Shown: positions 63,701 through 64,000 of the stretch, piece after piece
How positions within the stretch are numbered: position 1 is the stretch's first letter
Layout: each line of letters starts with the position of its first letter
The notes under the pieces: generated by a model
What the model was told of the DNA's origin: nothing
The model's database searches: none
What the model saw: only the letters and a program-made list of their open reading frames with translations
Program-made: the position numbers and the translations under genes
From: Sporopachydermia quercuum
Taxonomy: Eukaryota
NCBI GenBank assembly: GCA_001599295.1
Contig: BCGN01000005.1
Coordinates: 1,178,001-1,242,000, forward strand
Direction: 5' to 3'
DNA: 64,000 nt

Positions 63701-64000
63701 CATCTGAAAACAACGAGAATAACGTATGGGCAATTGAATTTGACAAGTTTGACGCGTTTGCTAGATTGGAGGTTCGACATAGTGAAGAGAAAAATTGGTC
63801 ATAAGGCAATGGTTCGGATTGATCTAAATTAAGATCTAATGTCAGTGATTTAGGTTCGTCTTGTGAGGATTTGGCATCTATAAGACCTGCAAAAATGAGA
63901 TAAATGACTGCAAAAAGAATACCATCGTTTTTCTCACTGACAGCAAATGTGATCACGGCTTTGATAAATCGGATAATAGTTTCGCCCTTGGTGAAGGAAC
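60771..64000 (-). CDS. Second UBR1/UBR2-family E3 ligase, C-terminal half (5' end outside the window)
   Basis: ARKERARLRQKKIVEEFAANQKMF basic region, RING (CIYC...CGHRIHYTC...CPLC), PFLRRA and CLHC...LYLDSHGE. The frame stays open to the window edge. Confidence 0.88.
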   Translation of the reverse strand, partial: SFTKGETIIRFIKAVITFAVSEKNDGILFAVIYLIFAGLIDAKSSQDEPKSLTLDLNLDQSEPLPYDQFFSSLCRTSNLANASNLSNSIAHTLFSLFSDETIDKETRTLVQSCLKLLMQWNKSTLLESLNFESNSAEEDFLSSLERPIGKVNLNDEARKERARLRQKKIVEEFAANQKMFMQTTGNALERDQDQTGVEEDDNTEYCIYCKIPFKESDISGVLAAKHNTPLVRYLESIDWDQVQPKYLPFIIAKNFAEGSTLNHKYCVSSEWESYRDEIYSECPEGPALNYHTSYRIEGKSFYHNSHRDREGWDDSVYHDSTVDDIPIIHGCGHRIHYTCFEKYCNENQNSPQGRRMPQVVSCPLCRSTANFYLPKIPGLSQVSRSSLLRKDRDFIMYEEXFAASRLALAPWVLRIISSYGLVGMELVNTDSFSKYFDMIAQPEWKTKIVEDPVVMCGDNYSDLIRAFISSIKGLEIRHRHKKCNVAPDLVGPIDRALLDCQWKVLVSKMKLREMMKIKMQVFLQADDFFGKLVGLTLHDPLHFQNHVRMCLVYELVSKAVSIVDFVAYWLDGVLDSDEYDILDFASESEFGEAVELGVITDFFTXIFNQTGTSGDKLMYIANNTEDVKRFFFGLGSMLTTATTPFLRRASILYGALTCFDYQYEDAWDYESDWEIEFHSLCTLLQIPGLEYFIRAASNREYQCEPRTVEDITTSLIALPDQTLIDSPNKKLYNFGNFEFLNRVLGRKLEISAPLDLYRLPKKLDYYFQDDLKKGVTQGDLFVCLHCGERDKFSVYGQMLEHVPKCTGSTGLFLGTLTGTVLLYYKERVTEYPSLYLDSHGEPFSGRRGGVVNVYDITLSQERYDHLTDMYLKGEIGGLISRDHVRFPGGRRVTRNDFINELNNNRNIEIRFDGQNIVVVNDDDDDDDEDMEDDEIDDDANSDEDHDNETTAQLTTEEQPIDTVTVNPVPIDAQEEQTEVTLRPQPGAEITEQVRNHFPPHQQMSVLQNKKHFNPMYGNEEVFFDGNYYSMMKQIGPYDPSSNIKTWALEQRRIRDKPAFLDYIKSNYLKYYKFEE

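Overview
This is an AT-rich, gene-dense budding-yeast (Saccharomycotina-like) chromosomal window with about 24 protein-coding genes. It uses the standard code: CTG encodes conserved Leu in TYS1 and ARG5,6. Spliceosomal introns are frequent for a yeast (GTATGT/GTAAGT donors, CTAAC-type branch sites, YAG acceptors). Genes in order: sugar/polyol MFS transporter, JJJ1, SQS1, EMC7-like, DUF3445 heme N-demethylase-like, YIP3 (3 exons), URA5, ARG5,6, PMS1 (5 exons), REV7-like, HEM1, MRPL49, PHS1, an orphan ORF, SAP185/190-like, RSM23, ARO10-like, DLD1, MMM1, a 5-exon Yra1/ALYREF-like RRM gene, a 3-exon mago nashi gene, TYS1, UBR1, and a second divergent UBR-type ligase running off the window end. I found no tRNA, rRNA, CRISPR array or recognisable transposon. 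Main points of interest: mago nashi retained next to an atypical Yra1-like gene; tandem divergent UBR ligases; a 15-16 nt motif (AATATCGGAAACTAT) recurring in intergenic DNA; a perfect Hap1-type site plus a CCAAT cluster upstream of HEM1; and a candidate H/ACA-like structured RNA at about 38.44-38.66 kb. All calls are by eye from sequence and remembered family motifs; no searches were run.
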